This document shows positions 61,533 to 64,000 of a DNA stretch of 64,000 bases, piece by piece. Both the position numbers and the translations under genes were made by a program. This DNA is from Camelus ferus (lineage: Eukaryota). The notes under the pieces were generated by a model. That model was not told the DNA's origin and searched no databases. It saw only the letters and a program-made list of their open reading frames with translations. The stretch lies in NCBI RefSeq assembly GCF_009834535.1, contig NC_045704.1:36766001-36830000 (forward strand). The letters are read 5' to 3'. Within the stretch, counting starts at the first letter, position 1. The number at the start of each line of letters is the position of its first letter.

Positions 61533-64000
61533 TTTAATCCTGCCACCTTGCTTCCTTTATCCACTGATGGAACGTCTCACAACTGTGTCATTAACACTAG
61601 ATCATTATTCTATCCTAGGTGAGCTTTATCAGAAAACCCCCTCCTCCAAGTTGACCTCACTCTTCGTGTCAGTGGCTCCTACCTCTGGAAGGAAGATGGG
61701 GCCTTCCAGGCTCAATATGCCATCACTGATCAACATAAACCTCTAGAACATCGAGTCTTGCCAAATGTCAGATCAGCCCACGTAGCTGAGTTAATTGCTC
61801 TCACTTGGGCTTGCGTAACAGCAGAAGGAATGAAGGTTATGCTGCGAGCCACCATACCTGTGGATTAGTGCATGATTTTGGTACGTGATAGAAACAGAGA
61901 GGACACAAGACACATAAAAAATGGGCCCCAAATAGCAGAACTTCTAGAGGCATTTTTATTACCCCAGCAGATGGTTAAAACTGAGGGAAACAGCGCAAAA
62001 AAAAATCAGATGAGGCCCAACAAGTATGATGAATTAGCAGCCTCTTCCCCAACCACCCAAGAATCCAAGCAGTTTCCAAGCCTTGGGACTATGTCCCCTG
62101 CATCCTGCTTTGAGGCCCTAGACCCCAGTGGGATTAGTCCCCTTCCCTTGAGAGAGAGCACTAATTTAAGATAACGCCTAAGGAAATCATAAAAGAGGTC
62201 CGCATGGCCCAAATAACAGCAAAAGACTCAGCAAGCACTGGATGGGGAAAAGCTGGGTGTCTGAGCCACTCAGATGGACTTTGGAATCACCGAGATGGCT
62301 CCCTGGTAGCTAGCTCTTAAGTCTCTCCCGAGTATGGTGTGTATGGTTTGCACAACATGACTCACATGGAAAGGACAAAATGCTGGGTGTAGTAGACAAA
62401 CAGTAGTTTGGACCCTTTGGTTTTATTTGGATGAGGCAGTTCACTTTTCTCACCTACCAGAAAAGTAACCCTGGAAAAACCGTCAAGGTGGGGCAAGGAA
62501 GGGAGGCAGCTGCCCTCAGATCGTCCTTCGCTGGCAAATAGATTGTATCCGGTTACCAACCGCACAAGGCAACCAACATGTCCTTGCTCTCGCCTGCCTG
62601 TTTTCTCAATGGTTAGAGGCCCTCCCTTGCCGGAATACCTCAGCAATATCAGGTGCCAATGTGTTTCTGCAACAAATCTTCCCCACTTGGGTTATCCCCT
62701 CCACCGTCTCTAGTGACCCACGTTTCACTGGTAAAATTATACAGGAAATCGAAAAGGCAACACAGTAGTCAAAGACTCCACTGCCCTAACCATGCTCAGC
62801 TATCTGGTGCCCTAGAAAGAGCCAACAGCATCCTCAAGACCAAATCAGCTAACCTGTCTGAAGAACTGGACTTACCACGGCCACAAAAACTGCCCGTTGC
62901 TCTTGTGCCTCTCAGATCTTCACCCCTATTGCCACACAAGCTACCCCCTTTTGAAATGATCACAGGAGGGCCATTAAGGATGCCTTATTCATCTTGTCTA
63001 GTGGAAGATTCTAACTTCATGTGACAACCCTGAGATACTTGTCAAGGATTAACAGAATACACTCAATCCTATAATCAACAAGTCAAGCCTTCCCTTGACT
63101 GACTTCCCTTTACAACTTCCTGATCATCCCTCAAATGACTCACAAGTAGGCGATGGAGTATTCTAGAAATGCCACCATCGGAAAACCAATCTTGAGCCCC
63201 AAAGGGACCTTATACCGTTTTACTCATTGCTCACACTGCTGTCAAATCACAGGGTATTCAACCTTGGACTCATGTTTTACAACGAAAGAAATACAAGAGC
63301 TTTTCAGGTTGCAGAAGGATTTCAAGCAGGGACCTCAAACTGAGGCTCAATAGAGAGCTCCCTGCAACCCCCCACACCAAGCAGATGACGGCCAGAAGCA
63401 GATCCTCCATGATACTTGGAACAAGTAGACGATGTCAGGAGGTGGTCAGCTGCCACTCAAGACCACGGAACAAGACCCACCTGGGTGCTCCCCCCCCCTT
63501 TCTCCTCTGCTTCTTGTCCTTACCATTTGTCTGGAGACCCTTCCTGCTCTTCCCACAATAACTCTGAGTTCACCATGACTTGTCCTCACCTGAGATGAGT
63601 CTTTATTTTTATCTCTCCATCCCTAAAGTTATGAGTTCCTGCTCCTCTCCCACGCCCTGTTTTCCCCTGCCTCTCAGCAAGACTATTTGCCCACAGAACC
63701 TTTAAGCTTGGGAGGAACTCATTGCCACAGACTGCTGGTATGGTCCTCCCTTTCCTGTGTGCACAAATGGTATTGCCCAGATCCCTTTGATCAATCAGAA
63801 TACCTGTTTTGCTGTAACCCATCCTCTCTTTCCCTCCACAATTTTAAAGTGTACAATCCCCCACTGTGAGAAAAACCCTGCACCTATTCTAGTCTGTTGT
63901 CACATGGGTCATGTCTGTTGCCACGTCATTTTACCATGGGCCCCTTTCTGAGAATGAGCATTCATCATTATATTTACCTAGCTGTCACTGAATCCAACGT

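Larger units (their letters stand above)
57664..64000 (+). pseudogene. Decayed ERV1 internal region: gag about 58120-59400, protease about 59500-59800, RT about 59950-60900, RNase H about 61600-62000, integrase about 62200-63050, env remnant about 63400 to the edge
   Basis: Gag FVNGLKPEL (ORF 58815-59198). RT PQGF at about 60402 and YEDD at 60497-60508. RNase H AELIALT. NPATLLP tether motif. Many stops and frameshifts. The env call rests mainly on position. Confidence 0.85.

Overview
Mammalian genomic DNA, most likely a camelid: two tRNA-Ala-derived Vic-type SINEs and a cetartiodactyl-type L1 3' end are present. The window is syntenic to the human 16q21 CNGB1-TEPP-ZNF319-USB1 block. Hand-built GT/AG exon chains give four genes. 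(1) The 5' half of CNGB1 on the minus strand, including a complete 297-aa GARP2 isoform with its private terminal exon. (2) TEPP/SPMIP8, 7 coding exons, 216 aa, plus strand. (3) ZNF319, single coding exon, about 585 aa with one N-gap, minus strand. (4) USB1, 7 exons, 265 aa, both HxS catalytic motifs intact, plus strand, head-to-head with ZNF319 across a CpG island. The accessory DNA is dominated by two decayed proviruses. The first is a two-LTR ERVL/MLT2 element in USB1 intron 3 with a perfect 5-bp target-site duplication; it sits inside an older MLT1 LTR and itself carries a near-full-length Tigger1 plus an inverted Tigger1 end that replaces part of pol. The second is a MER4-group ERV1 provirus (LTR, tRNA-His-like PBS, gag-pro-pol-env remnants) running off the right edge. 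I found no convincing novel protein-coding system. The best leads are these nested and rearranged elements, a repeat array in the ERV1 leader, and CRX and RFX motifs in the CNGB1/TEPP divergent interval. Repeat family names and cross-species comparisons come from remembered consensus sequences, not from a search.
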